NCBI RefSeq assembly: GCF_006345805.1
Contig: NW_021832043.1
Location: forward strand, 1-38,047
Length of the DNA: 38,047 bases
From: Octopus sinensis
Taxonomy: Eukaryota
Direction of reading: 5' to 3'
Positions within the stretch are counted from its first letter, which is position 1; every line of letters begins with the position of its first letter. Below, piece by piece: positions 1 through 10,577 of the stretch. A program made the position numbers and the translations under genes. The notes beneath the pieces are model-generated. The model did no database searches. It was not told the origin of the DNA and saw only the letters and a list, made by a program, of their open reading frames with translations.

Positions 1-117
1 TTTGTTCAAAAAATATTAATATTAATTAATTTTTCAAGAATATTTAATTTTATTCTGTAAAATAGTAATTAATTCATTTATCTGTAAATCCGCGAGGTTG
101 TTACTCAGGCACTAGAA

Positions 118-440
118 TGGTAACCTTCAACTAACACTATCTCCTCCGAGACCCTGCGGCGCAAGTTGACCAAAATTGAGAGTATGGTAGAAGAAGGGTT
201 GCTCTTCCTTCCGTAGTAGAACATAACATTCAAATCGGACCATGTTAACACCAAAAATTATTTACATCAAAAAGATGCTTTTTTCTATGAAAATCCCTAT
301 TTTTTCGATTTTTTCACTGCTGTGTCGCCACTTTCGGTTGTTGTATTCGACCCGAAAAATGTTCACAAAATTTTTACTTTTCAAAATTACAAATCCAGCG
401 GGTCGAAACAAACCCGAGCAACGCCGGGCGATACTGCTAG
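118..440 (+). mobile_element. Non-autonomous Helitron, subfamily B (5' end diverged or missing)
   Basis: 3' end reads CCCG-agcaacgc-CGGG hairpin, then cgatactg-CTAG (437-440), then T. Interior is the reverse complement of 1283-1673 from about 118 onward. Confidence 0.75.
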
Positions 441-470
441 TATATATATAAACACATACACATATATATA

Positions 471-632
471 ATGGATCATCCCATAAATAATGCGGATTTT
501 TCAATTCCATATATAGATGGAAGAGCATTGTAGAAAATGCAGGAGAGTATATTTTAGATTGAAAAGAACTTTGTTTATCTTAATTTAGAAAATTAAAAGT
601 ATAAAAACCGCATTATTTATGGGATGACCCAA
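471..632. mobile_element. Mariner-derived MITE (internally deleted)
   Basis: About 28-bp imperfect TIRs (ggatcatcccataaataatgcgg / ccgcattatttatgggatgaccc) with TA on both flanks. Interior encodes RWKSIVENAGEYILD*, a mariner transposase C-terminus. Confidence 0.85.
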
Positions 633-674
633 TATATGTATGTATATACAATATATGTACATACATATATATAA

Positions 675-890
675 CGGGAAGCTTTATGAAAATAAACAAA
701 AGACGAAGGCAGGTGGAATACAAACAAACAATTGTATTAGTATGGCGCTCAGGAATAGAAATAAAACAAGTCTTTTACGTTTCGAGCCTACGCTCTTCAA
801 CAGAAAGATACACAGAAAAAGAAACACAGAAAGAAACAAGGAGAGGAAAAAAATGCGTGCAGAAGCTAGCGAATCAACATGGCGATCATA
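675..890 (-). mobile_element. Short HHR-bearing dispersed element, family H1 copy 1
   Basis: Shares gtcttttacgtttcgagcctacgctcttcaac and flanks with 7715-7885 and 28820-28985; microsatellite-flanked. Confidence 0.7.
771..808 (-). ncRNA. Minimal type I hammerhead-like motif (CUGUUGA variant)
   Basis: Minus strand: TCTTT CTGTTGA A GAGC gtag GCTC GAAAC GTA AAAGA. 5-bp stem I, 4-bp stem II, palindromic ACGT stem III, GUA triplet. Confidence 0.7.
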
Positions 891-1059
891 TATATATACA
901 CACGCGCACATACTCACGCACAGATATCACAAGCACTCACGCCCGTACATGCATGTATATATATATATATAATATATATAAATATATGCATATATACATA
1001 CATATATGTACATACCTAGATATATATATGTATATATACATTCATATATGGGTACAAGA

Positions 1060-1935
1060 CATAAAAAATACGTTGAACACATGAGAAACGAAAACATAAA
1101 AACAAAAACATGGAAACGAACTTTTTTCGAACAACGGAAAAAAACAGAGAAACGAGACATACAACATAAAGAATATTCCCCTTCTTCAGTTGTCCTTCTT
1201 TCGTCTACTCCACGTTTTCGAAGGCAAGGACAAGACGCGACTTAGTTGAAACACTTCTTCCCGCAAAGCAAATTAGATAAAACTAGCAGTATCGCCCGGC
1301 GTTGGTTGGGTTTGCTTCGACCCTTTAGAAATGGAATTTTTGAAAAGTAAAAGTTTTGTATTATGTAGCTTGTTATTCTCTTTAAGTGAACATTTTCAGG
1401 TTGAAATAGACGGAAAAATGGCGACACAGCAGTAAAAAAAATCGTAAAAAATAGGGATTTTCATAGAAAAAAAGCACCCTTTTGATGTAAATAATTTTTG
1501 GTGTTAACATGGTCCGATTTGATTTTTTCTTCTACAGAATGAAGAGCAAGCCTTCTTCCATCATACTCTCAATTTTGGTCAACTTGCACCGCAGCGTCTT
1601 GGAGGAGATAGTGTTAGTTGAAGGCTACCAAACCTGCCACACACAGACAACTTCAGCTTTATATATTGAGAGATTTGGGAGATATTTTGCGGGGCGGGTG
1701 AAAGTGGAAATAAGAACAGAACAGTGAGAACAAAACAGTAAAAACAAACAGTGAGGGCTGCTAAGCCAAGACGATGGGAAAATTATTATGAACGTTTAGA
1801 AACACGATCTTATGAAGAGACAATTATGAGCACGTTTAGTCTTTACGAAGATTGTGGGTAGAAAGGTAGAGTCTCTTTCGTCACGTGTCAGCGACGATAG
1901 AGTCGAGGAATCGAACTCAGTAATTGCTTCATCTC
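1060..1935. repeat. Probable dispersed repeat interrupted by the 1283-1673 Helitron
   Basis: A-rich non-microsatellite tract on both sides of the Helitron; removing it joins ...ttagataaaa|tttgggag... at an A|T site. Only one copy in the window, so repeat status is inferred. Confidence 0.35.
1283..1673 (-). mobile_element. Non-autonomous Helitron, subfamily B, full length (391 bp)
   Basis: Minus strand starts TC (tctctcaatatataaagctgaag), ends with a GC hairpin and CTAG, and sits between A and T with no TSD. Confidence 0.85.
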
Positions 1936-1940
1936 TGTCG

Positions 1941-2035
1941 GCCTCTTTTGCCGAACCGCTAAGTTACGGAGACGTAAACATACAAAACCGGTTGTCAAGC
2001 AGTGGTGGGGACAAACACACCATACACACAAATAC
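1941..2035 (-). mobile_element. SINE family A, internal fragment
   Basis: ctcttttgccgaaccgctaagttacgg...ggttgtcaagc matches the full copies at 8192 and 22911. Confidence 0.75.
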
Positions 2036-2040
2036 ACCAA

Positions 2041-2102
<62 letters not shown>

Positions 2103-2119
2103 TGTATGTATGTATATAG

Positions 2120-2160
<41 letters not shown>

Positions 2161-2666
2161 ATAATATATATATATATTTATTATAAAAGGCAGATTTATC
2201 TGCCTCCCTTTGTCAGTTATAGAAATCTACAATATAGGATTTCTTCAATTACAATTTACCTAGCATTTTTAAGAGTAGAATGCATCGGGCTTTGCCAGGT
2301 CCGGTTTTTAAAATTTCAACCCCAATTAAGCAAAATTTACAGAAAACTCACATTCTGGTGTGTGTATGTCAAATGCTTTCTTATGTGGTTTACACCACAC
2401 GCAAACGCACACACACAGTGTTGCATCGAATTAAAATGAAACTAATTCACTGTGTGTGTGTTGACAGGTAGACATAGAATGCGATGGCGATGTAATATTT
2501 GTTTCTGTCTATGACGCTGATAGATACATGAGTAAATGTATGGGAAGCTAAGAGATAAGAGTGAGTGAAAATGTTCTTGAAGAGAAGTAAATAGCAAGAG
2601 AGTGTTTGAGGAAGACTTTACATTAAATAACCGTAGTGGCTTGTATATATATATATATATACATAC

Positions 2667-2917
2667 ATAAGACAGTAAGGTGTGATTTGAGGGAGATTTG
2701 GCTGCTATTTCTGCCATGTAGGGGTCTCCCTCAATAGGCTCATACATATCTACATGATAAGACAGTAAGGTGTGATTTGGGGGAAATTTGGCTGCTATTT
2801 CTACCAGGTCTAGCTACCATGTAGAGGTCCCCCCTCATTGGCTCATATATATTACATACATATAAGACAGTAAGGTGTTGATTTGAGGAGATTGGCTGCT
2901 GTTTCTACCAGGTCTGT
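2667..2917. repeat. Tandem triplication of a 90-105-bp unit
   Basis: ataagacagtaaggtgt...ttggctgctatttct starts at 2667, 2757 and 2862; weaker relatives near 5760 and 29545. Confidence 0.8.
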
Positions 2918-2984
2918 TAGGCCTTCTCATGTAAACTCAACCTTTCTCATGCCTTGAACATAAGACCAAAGCAGAGAATGTATT

Positions 2985-3200
2985 CTTTTATTCTTCTGCT
3001 TTTTCCAGCCATTGGTCTGTGGCCATGCTGGGGCAATGCCTTGAAGAATTGTAGTTTAATGAATCAACTCCAGTTTTATTTTTGTAAGCATTGTACTTAT
3101 TCTATCTGTTTCCTTTGTCAAACCACTAGGTGACAGGGATGTAACAAACCAACATTCGTTGTCAAGCAAGGTGTGGAGGACAATCACAAGCACAGACACG
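2985..3200 (-). mobile_element. SINE family A, diverged 3' half
   Basis: tggccatgctggggc...gtacttattctatc...gttgtcaagc modules in the same order as in other copies. Confidence 0.65.
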
Positions 3201-3271
3201 CACACACACACACATACATGCATACACATATACACACATACATACATACCATATATATGTGTTATTATATA

Positions 3272-3531
3272 TTGCAGCGTGGAAGGTGTTTGTAAGCCAT
3301 TTAAGAAACACACAAAAACCGTTAGATTTACTTCAACATTTAAATTTAATTTGCCAAAATATTTTCCTCGCTTTGAGACCGCGACCTGTTCACTGACAAA
3401 AATATCGTGCTAACAGGTCGCGGTCTCAAAGCGACGAAAATATTTTGACAAATTAAATTTAAATGTTGAAGTGAATCTAACGGTTTTTGTGTGTTTCCTA
3501 AAGGCTTATAAACACCTCTTCAACGCTGCAA
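3272..3531. repeat. Long fold-back palindrome (arms 3272-3390 and 3412-3531, 21-nt spacer), family H2
   Basis: ttgcagcgt...gaccgcgacctgtt mirrored by aacaggtcgcggtc...acgctgcaa. The right arm continues into a body also seen at 14080-14218. Confidence 0.95.
3350..3400 (-). ncRNA. Hammerhead-like motif with G3-C8 swapped core
   Basis: Minus strand: TTTGTCA GTGAACA G GTCGC ggtctcaaa GCGAG GAAAATATTT TGGCAAA. The right arm supplies the better-paired GCGAC GAAAATATTT TGACAAA. Confidence 0.55.
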
Positions 3532-3687
3532 CTGTTTTCGTTCCAGCACACGATCTCAGATCAAGTCACTTGCTATGCAAGTACATCTCTGTAACTATAT
3601 ATATATATATATATATGTGTATATTGGTAAAAACAGTAAGATAACAAAAGAAAGAAAGAGACCTCAATATTATGTAAATAGAGGAAA

Positions 3688-4078
3688 TCTTTATATATAA
3701 AAGTGAGGTTGCGTATCTGTCTCCTACGATTAGATTCCTAACTACTCCCACATTTTCGGTTGCAGTTTAACCAAAACCGGGTATCTTATAGTCGTGATTC
3801 ATATCGAGCCCGTCTGGGTATTAGCGCGCGTCTACGATGATCTACGATTTAAAAACAAAATTTACCATCAATTTTCCCATTTTTAATCCATTTTGACATA
3901 TATAAGGGAAGTAACTCTCTAAAATTATTATTAAATCTCAGAACGTAAAAAGCTACAGTAACACCCCTCCCCCTTTGTGGTTAGCCATATTGAGATGGCT
4001 ATTATACTTTACATCTCTAAAAATGCTTATATAATTATTTCCCTTACAAACCCGAGCAACGCCGGGCGATACTGCTAG
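3688..4078 (+). mobile_element. Non-autonomous Helitron, subfamily A, full length (391 bp)
   Basis: A|TCTTTATATATAAAAGTGAGG ... CCCGagcaacgcCGGG cgatactg CTAG|T; homologous to 8916-9316. Confidence 0.9.
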
Positions 4079-4249
4079 TATATATATAATTTTCTGTTTC
4101 TTTTTTCATTTATTTCTTTGTCTTCTTTTCCATTGTTTTCTTTCTCGCCCCCCCCCCGCTACTTATTTGTTTTTTTCCTTTCTTTCTTTCGCCTGCAACT
4201 TATATAGTCACACATCAAGAGATTTAGTGCGCGTGCGTGTGTGTGCGTG

Positions 4250-4323
<74 letters not shown>

Positions 4324-4669
4324 ATAGGTTCGGATATGTATGTATTGATAAATGTATATGTAATCTGGCGTGAAATTTTTTTACGGATATATCTTTTAAT
4401 TTATTAATTTATTAATTTATTAATATTTTACACTTAATCATTTACCCTGGGTATTCAGGCCTTTTCCTTCTTTATAAACTATTTTTGATTTAAGGTTTTC
4501 TTCGATTTTTAAAATATGATTTTCAACCGCAATTCGTTATTGCATGCAACCTGTTATTGAAAAGTCCGTTAGTTGAAAGGACAAAGCGAACAAAACCATT
4601 TTCAAATGTGTATCAATCAAACTAATTGTATATTTATGCATACAACCTTGGTTTTATTCCATTCTAAAC

Positions 4670-4715
4670 AAAACTGTCCGACGAACGGGAACGTGAAACT
4701 CTGAGTAACAGTTTT
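4670..4715 (+). ncRNA. Minimal type I hammerhead-like motif (CCGACGA box)
   Basis: AAAACTGT CCGACGA ACG ggaa CGT GAA ACTC t GAGT A ACAGTTTT. 8-bp stem I, GNRA-capped stem II, near-palindromic stem III, GUA triplet. Confidence 0.8.
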
Positions 4716-4748
4716 TTGTGATGCTTTGCGGCTTTTTGATAAAGTATA

Positions 4749-4809
<61 letters not shown>

Positions 4810-4833
4810 GTTGAAACACTTCTGTCACAACCT

Positions 4834-4877
4834 GGGACCTTGAAGACTGCTTAAATGCAAGAAAGTATACTAGTCCC
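4834..4877 (+). ncRNA. Minimal type I hammerhead-like motif (one extra base in the box)
   Basis: GGGAC CTTGAAGA CTGC ttaaat GCAA GAA AGTATACT A GTCCC. Perfect 5-bp stem I, perfect palindrome AGTATACT, CUA triplet. Confidence 0.7.
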
Positions 4878-5149
4878 TTAATATTTGATATTCAATATTT
4901 CACCTATTCAATAAGACAATCAATACTTCATTTCATTCTACTATATATACTATTTACACTATATATTCTATAATCTACATTAATATTATAAAGAATATAA
5001 ATAAAACATAAAAACAAACAGAATTGGAATTCCTTTGAATAATATATATATACATCTAATATAGAATAAAATTTTTCGAAAAAATTTTATCAATGGCCAG
5101 CATATTAAAAAATGCCTTTAAAGGTTAAATTTATAAACAAGGGCAAAAG

Positions 5150-5479
5150 AAAAAATTCTAATGCCAAATATGCCGAAAATAGACAAATCGTCAATAACCA
5201 TATAATTCATCACTATAAGCACGCGTCTCGGAATAAGCCGACAGAAATTTCTTAAAAATTCCGTTATTATCGCATCGGTCCCAATTTCAGAGTTAATTCG
5301 TTAGAGTTTTCTCCTCGTCAGCGATAAATACGTAAGAAATAAATGAAATACATGCTTATACCCATGGGAGAAGCAAACACTAAGTCATGAGCACACTTAA
5401 GTACCCCAAATATATCCAAAATAGAAATTCTCCATTGACGATTTGTCTATTTTCGGCATATTTGGCATTAGAATTTTTT
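5150..5479. repeat. Perfect 46-bp inverted repeat (5150-5195 / 5434-5479) enclosing an HHR-like motif
   Basis: aaaaaattctaatgccaaatatgccgaaaatagacaaatcgtcaat and its exact reverse complement; 238-nt spacer. Confidence 0.95.
5267..5327 (-). ncRNA. Type I hammerhead-like motif with canonical box but G at the cleavage position
   Basis: Minus strand: TTATCG CTGACGA GGAG...CTCT GAA ATTGG ga CCGAT G CGATAA. 6-bp stem I; H17 is G. Confidence 0.7.
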
Positions 5480-5617
5480 GGCCAAATAGAATATGTTTGG
5501 CGGGCAATTTAAACTGGCCTTGTACATACGTGCATATATATGTATGTATGGACGTTCGTATATGTAAGTATAACGTTTGTTCTGCATATATATATTTGTA
5601 TTTATGTGTTCTGATAT

Positions 5618-5676
5618 ATTCAACCGATGACGGCAAAGCTTATTTAAAGCAAAGCTAGAAATCCAGGATCTTGAAT
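5618..5676 (+). ncRNA. Type I hammerhead-like motif (CCGAUGA box)
   Basis: ATTCAA CCGATGA CGGC aaa GCT tatttaa AGC aaa GCTA GAA ATCC a GGAT C TTGAAT. 6-bp stem I, near-palindromic stem III, AUC triplet. Confidence 0.75.
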
Positions 5677-5828
5677 TATTCAGTAATATTTTTTGCTGGT
5701 CTATTTTGTCCCTCTGTCTTATCTCATGGTGCGATATGAACATTTAACGTGGTTCTTAGAGTCAGGGATTTGACTGCTATTTGGCATGGTGGTGTCTCTC
5801 TATTTCGGCATGGTGGGTGTCTTGTTTT

Positions 5829-5875
<47 letters not shown>

Positions 5876-5880
<5 letters not shown>

Positions 5881-6023
5881 CGGTCTTCTATCAGTTTCCG
5901 TCTACCGAATCCACTCGCAAAGCTTTGGTCGACCCAAGGGTATAGCAGAAGACACTTGGCTAAGGTGCCCGGAACCATGTGGTTGGGAAGCAAGCTCCTT
6001 CCCACATGGCCACGCCTACGCTT
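5876..6023 (-). mobile_element. SINE family A, tRNA-derived head half
   Basis: cagtttccgtctacc...ggaaccatgtggttggg matches the family A 5' half. Confidence 0.8.
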
Positions 6024-6917
6024 ATCTACCCACAAACGCATATCATCGCGAATTTTTAAAAACAAATGTTGCAGAATTTGACTTTCGTCTTCGTTGCCTT
6101 CGTTGTGTTGAGGAAAGCATTCAACAGAATAAACGAGTGACCACAGTAACCTCTACGCAGTTACTTGACATGCTGAAAATAGTAGCTGAATCTCTCTGAA
6201 ATTGCACTTTACTATCTTAAGCAAGGGAAGTAAACAGAATAGAGAGTGTTGCCATAACTATAGAGAAGGCAAGAGTGGCACTGCTGGAACCATTTGGTTA
6301 TTGGTTTGCTAGTTCGAACCTAACCTGGTGCTTAACAACAACAACAGCAACAACAATGACAACAACGATAACAACGACAGCAGCAATTGCTAGAAAGACG
6401 ACAAAGACAGGCAATAGGTCAGCACACCACACCGCACCGGTGTGGGGGGTCTCGGGTTGCAAAGCGGAGGATGTTTGTTCAGCTTCTATAGAAGGCATTG
6501 TTATTGGCTGAAGAGAGAGAGAGAGATAGGTAAAGAGCGAAGGGAGGGAGAGTGTGTATGAGAGAGAGAGGAAGAGCGAGAGAAAGAGAGAGACAGAGAG
6601 AGAGAAAGGGAGAGAGAAGGTAAACACTGATGAATTGTCACAGACACCGGTAACGCAAACATACACACACATACATCGTGCGTAAATTAGAGAATGTACT
6701 TATATACATACACACACTACAAACATGCATACACACACACACACACATATGCATACATATATACATCTGTGTATATGCATATATATATATATATATACAT
6801 ATATATACATCTATATTTATACATACCATACATATACACACACATATATACATATAATATATATATATATATACCTACATATATATATATATACATACAT
6901 ACATACATAATATATAT

Positions 6918-6969
<52 letters not shown>

Positions 6970-7378
6970 CATGCATATATATGTATATGTATGCTCGATA
7001 GCAGGTAAATATAGTGACACGCGCACATATACATAGACACATGGTAACACACTAACACACACACACACACACACCGACATATCACTGAAAATACATACAT
7101 ACATATATATATGTGTGTGTGGTATGTATGTATGTATATATACATCTAATGTAGTTTTCGGTGTATGTGGAACTGTGTGAATATACATCCGTGTACGCGT
7201 GTGTATGTATGTGAGCGTGGGTGTGCGTGTGTGTGTGTGTATGTGTGTGTGTGCGTGCGCGCGCGCGTGTAGTTGCATACTTTCTTGACATTCTGTTTAC
7301 ATATATACATAGGAAGAAGCTTTCATCCGCCTGCCCGTTTAGGTATACATTAATCCACCCACACACAAATGTATATAC

Positions 7379-7454
<76 letters not shown>
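7379..7454. repeat. (AGAT)n microsatellite
   Basis: Uninterrupted tetranucleotide run. Confidence 0.95.
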
Positions 7455-7714
7455 GAGGTGTCTACACCAACGAAAATATGGCACTCAATACAGGTGTTGG
7501 TAAGATATATATATATAATACGATAAAGTCTGTTAAAGGTAATACATCATTGCAAATTTTACACGGAGTTATAAATTAAGTTAAACTAAAAAAAGAACCT
7601 AAAAGAAGAAAATTATAAAACGAGTTTTTTTCCTTACTTAAAATAATATAATATAAAATACTATTGTATACAGATAATTATGTATATCCATATCTATGTA
7701 ACAATAATTGAAAT

Positions 7715-7885
7715 TCATAAAAAAAACAAAAGGCGAAGACAGGTGTATTAGTTTGACGCTCGGGAAAATGAAAAAGTCTTTTACGTTTCGAGCCTACGCT
7801 CTTCAACATTAAGGAATGAGAGAAAATAAACAGAGAGAGAATGAAATAAAACTGGTAGCGTTCAGCGGTCCAACATGGCGAATGA
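7715..7885 (-). mobile_element. Family H1 copy 2; HHR-like motif at 7777-7812 with C3 mutated
   Basis: Minus strand: ccttaa TGTTGA A GAGC gtag GCTC GAAAC GTA AAAGA. Shares the caacatggcg end with copy 1. Confidence 0.7.
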
Positions 7886-7914
7886 AACAATAACCTATCG
7901 TTTTTTTCATACGT

Positions 7915-8053
7915 TCTGGTACTTAACTCATCGACCCCTTAAAGGATGAAAGGCAAAGTCGACCTCGGCGGAATTTGAACTCACAACCTTGTGATAAGCG
8001 AAATACCACTAAGCATTTCGCCCGGCGTGCTAACGTTTCTGCCAGCTCGCCGC
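7915..8053 (-). mobile_element. SINE family B (tRNA-derived head), 3' truncated
   Basis: Minus strand gcggcgagctggcagaaacgttagc...gagttcaaattccgccgaggtcgactttgcctttcatcc. Confidence 0.85.
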
Positions 8054-8191
8054 ATTTTTAGATCTAATAATATTAACGTTAGTGATCGACATTCTTGATG
8101 TATGTTTTACGTTTAACGCTTTCCGGTTGCTGAATTTCGTCCAGGGAAAGTTGCTTTAAAGACCTAAAGTGTTACAAAAAAAACACAGTAT

Positions 8192-8621
8192 GGTGTAGGA
8201 GTGGTAAGTATGTGGTAAGTAGCTTGCTTACCAACCACATGGTTCCGGGTTCAGTCCCACTGCATGGCACCTTGGACAAGTGTCTTCTACTATAGCCTCG
8301 GGCCGACCAAAGCCTTGTGAGTGGATTTGGTAGACGGAAACTGAAAGAAGCCCGTCGTATATATGTATATATATACATGCATGTGTGTGTATATGTTTGA
8401 GTGTCTGCGTTCCCCCCCCCACACACACACACAACATCGCTTGACAACCGATGCTGGTGTGTTTACGTCCCCGTAACTCAGCGGTTCGGCAAAAGAGACC
8501 GATAGAATAAGTACTAGGCTTACAAAGAGTAAGTCCTGGGGTCGATTTGCTCGACTAAAAGATGGTGCTCCAGCATGGCCGCAGTCAAATGACTGAAACA
8601 ATTAAAGGGATAAAAAGAGAG
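8192..8621 (+). mobile_element. SINE family A, full length
   Basis: A-box-like gtgg...tggtaag, B-box-like ggttcagtccc, CORE-like ccttggacaagt, central microsatellite, LINE-like tail gtgctccagcatggcc...gactgaaac. Confidence 0.9.
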
Positions 8622-8915
8622 TATACATCAAAATCAGGCGAACGAGGACGGTAGATATTGGTACTTGGCTGTTGTTTCAGCTCCTCTCTCGGTCGATCCG
8701 AATGTAGGATATCCAAAAAGAAGCTTCTCGCAAATTTTATTCACCTCTTATTTATTTAAGGCCCCACGGTTCGGTAATAACACCCACCCACTTAAGTACT
8801 GCTGGCGGGGTGTGGTACATCATTTTGCCAGTTTGAAAAGTACTGTATGAAAAGATGGCTTCGTAAGATATATCCACCATTTATTTGGACACCGATAAAG
8901 CATATTATATCAACA

Positions 8916-9316
8916 CTAGCAGTATCGCCCGGCGTTGCTCGGGTTTGTAAGGGAAATAACTATATAAGCATTTTTAGAGAGCTATAGCCAAAAAATAGCA
9001 AAAAAATGCATTAAAATTGGAAAAAAATGATGGTAAATTTTTTTTTAAATCGTTGACTCATTGTATACGTTTTTAGAGAGTTACTTCCCTTATATAATAG
9101 CGAAAAAAATGCATTAAAATGGAAAGAAATTATGGTAATTTTTTTTTAAATCGTAGCCTCATCGTAGACGCGCGCTAATACCCAGAAGGGCTCGATATGA
9201 ATTCACGATAAGATACCCGGTTTTGGTTAAAAACTGCACCGCAAAATGTGTGGAGTAGTTAGGAATCTAAATCGTAGGAGACAGACAGCACACAACCTCA
9301 CTTTTATATATAAAGA
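8916..9316 (-). mobile_element. Non-autonomous Helitron, subfamily A, full length (401 bp)
   Basis: Minus strand A|TCTTTATATATAAAAG ... hairpin ... CTAG|T; contains an internal tandem duplication. Confidence 0.9.
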
Positions 9317-9880
9317 TATGTTAAATAAAAAAAAAAGAATGATAACAGTTTTTACAAAAGCATTGAAAAGACAAGTCTTTATTCAACGTCAAACATTAAG
9401 GAAAAGGTTGAGGAGGTCGTTTCAACGGAATTTCCTCTGACAAATGTTGATACGACGAAAATGTTTACGGTGAGGTTTCGTATCACTGTCGATCACGTGA
9501 TTTATCATTCTTTATTAATTTTTCTGACCAGGTGGGGAAAAAATGGACATCCTCGCTAAAACAATGGACATAAACCTTTACACACACACAAACATCCACC
9601 ACCCCCCCCACACACACACACACATACACACATAGACATAAATACACGAATTTTAATGTTGATAATTTGGGCATATAAAAATATCAGTACATGTATGTAT
9701 TTATGTATGTATGTATGCATGTATGTACGTATGTATGTATACATATACTACATACATATATATATATATAGATATATATATATTATATATATATATATAA
9801 TCTATATATATATATATATATATATATAGATATATATATATATACATACACACACACACACACACAACTTATGTGTGTGT

Positions 9881-10108
9881 GAAGTCGCGTGGCTTAGTGG
9901 TTAGGGTGTCAGCATCATATGATCGTAAGATTGTGGTTTCGATTCCTGGACCGGGCGACGCGTTGTGTTCTTGAGCAAAACATTTCATTTCACGTTGTTC
10001 CAGTCCACTCAGCGGCAAAAATGAGTAACTCTGCGATGGACTGGCGTCCCGACCAGCATAGAACCGGGGAGCCGGGCCCATGAGTCTGGCTAGGCTTTAA
10101 AAAAGCCT
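9881..10108 (+). mobile_element. SINE family C (tRNA-derived head)
   Basis: A-box-like tggcttagtgg, B-box-like gtttcgattcc, then tgtgttcttgagcaaaaca...ccagtccactcagc; related to 29230-29485. Confidence 0.85.
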
Positions 10109-10190
10109 ATTGTTATATATATATATATATAATATATTATTATATATATATTATATATATATATATATATATCTATAATATATATATATA

Positions 10191-10577
10191 TATGATAACG
10201 AAAATGGAGTCGAACAAGATGTAACAAATTCCTTTACTCTCGACATATGTTTCGAAGACAACATTTTTCATTCCAAAGGAATAAAGGGTGCATTATGCAA
10301 TCTTCTCATCAGAAGATTGCATAATGCACCCTTTATTCCTTTGGAATGAAAACATGTTTCTTCGAAACATATGTCGAGAGTAAAGGAATTTTGTTAACAT
10401 CTTCGTTCGACTCCATTCTTTCAGTTATTCATATAACAACACACAATTTCTGCACATGAACCCGGAGTTTCTACCCTTGACAGGTCGCTTCAACTCGTGT
10501 TTCTGACGTGAAATTTGCTACCCGGTTCGGTTAAACGAATTTTCCATGCTGGCGATAAACATAGGATATTCATTCAC

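Noticed and set aside
1170-1250. Type III hammerhead (minus strand GTC TTGTCCTT ... AAGGACAA CTGAAGA AGGG)
   Set aside because: An 8-bp stem I and box are present, but no GAAA/stem III partner follows in the required order; at most a half motif.
9410-9490. CTGACAA...GAAAAT as an HHR
   Set aside because: Stem I needs a 5-nt bulge; too degenerate to support.
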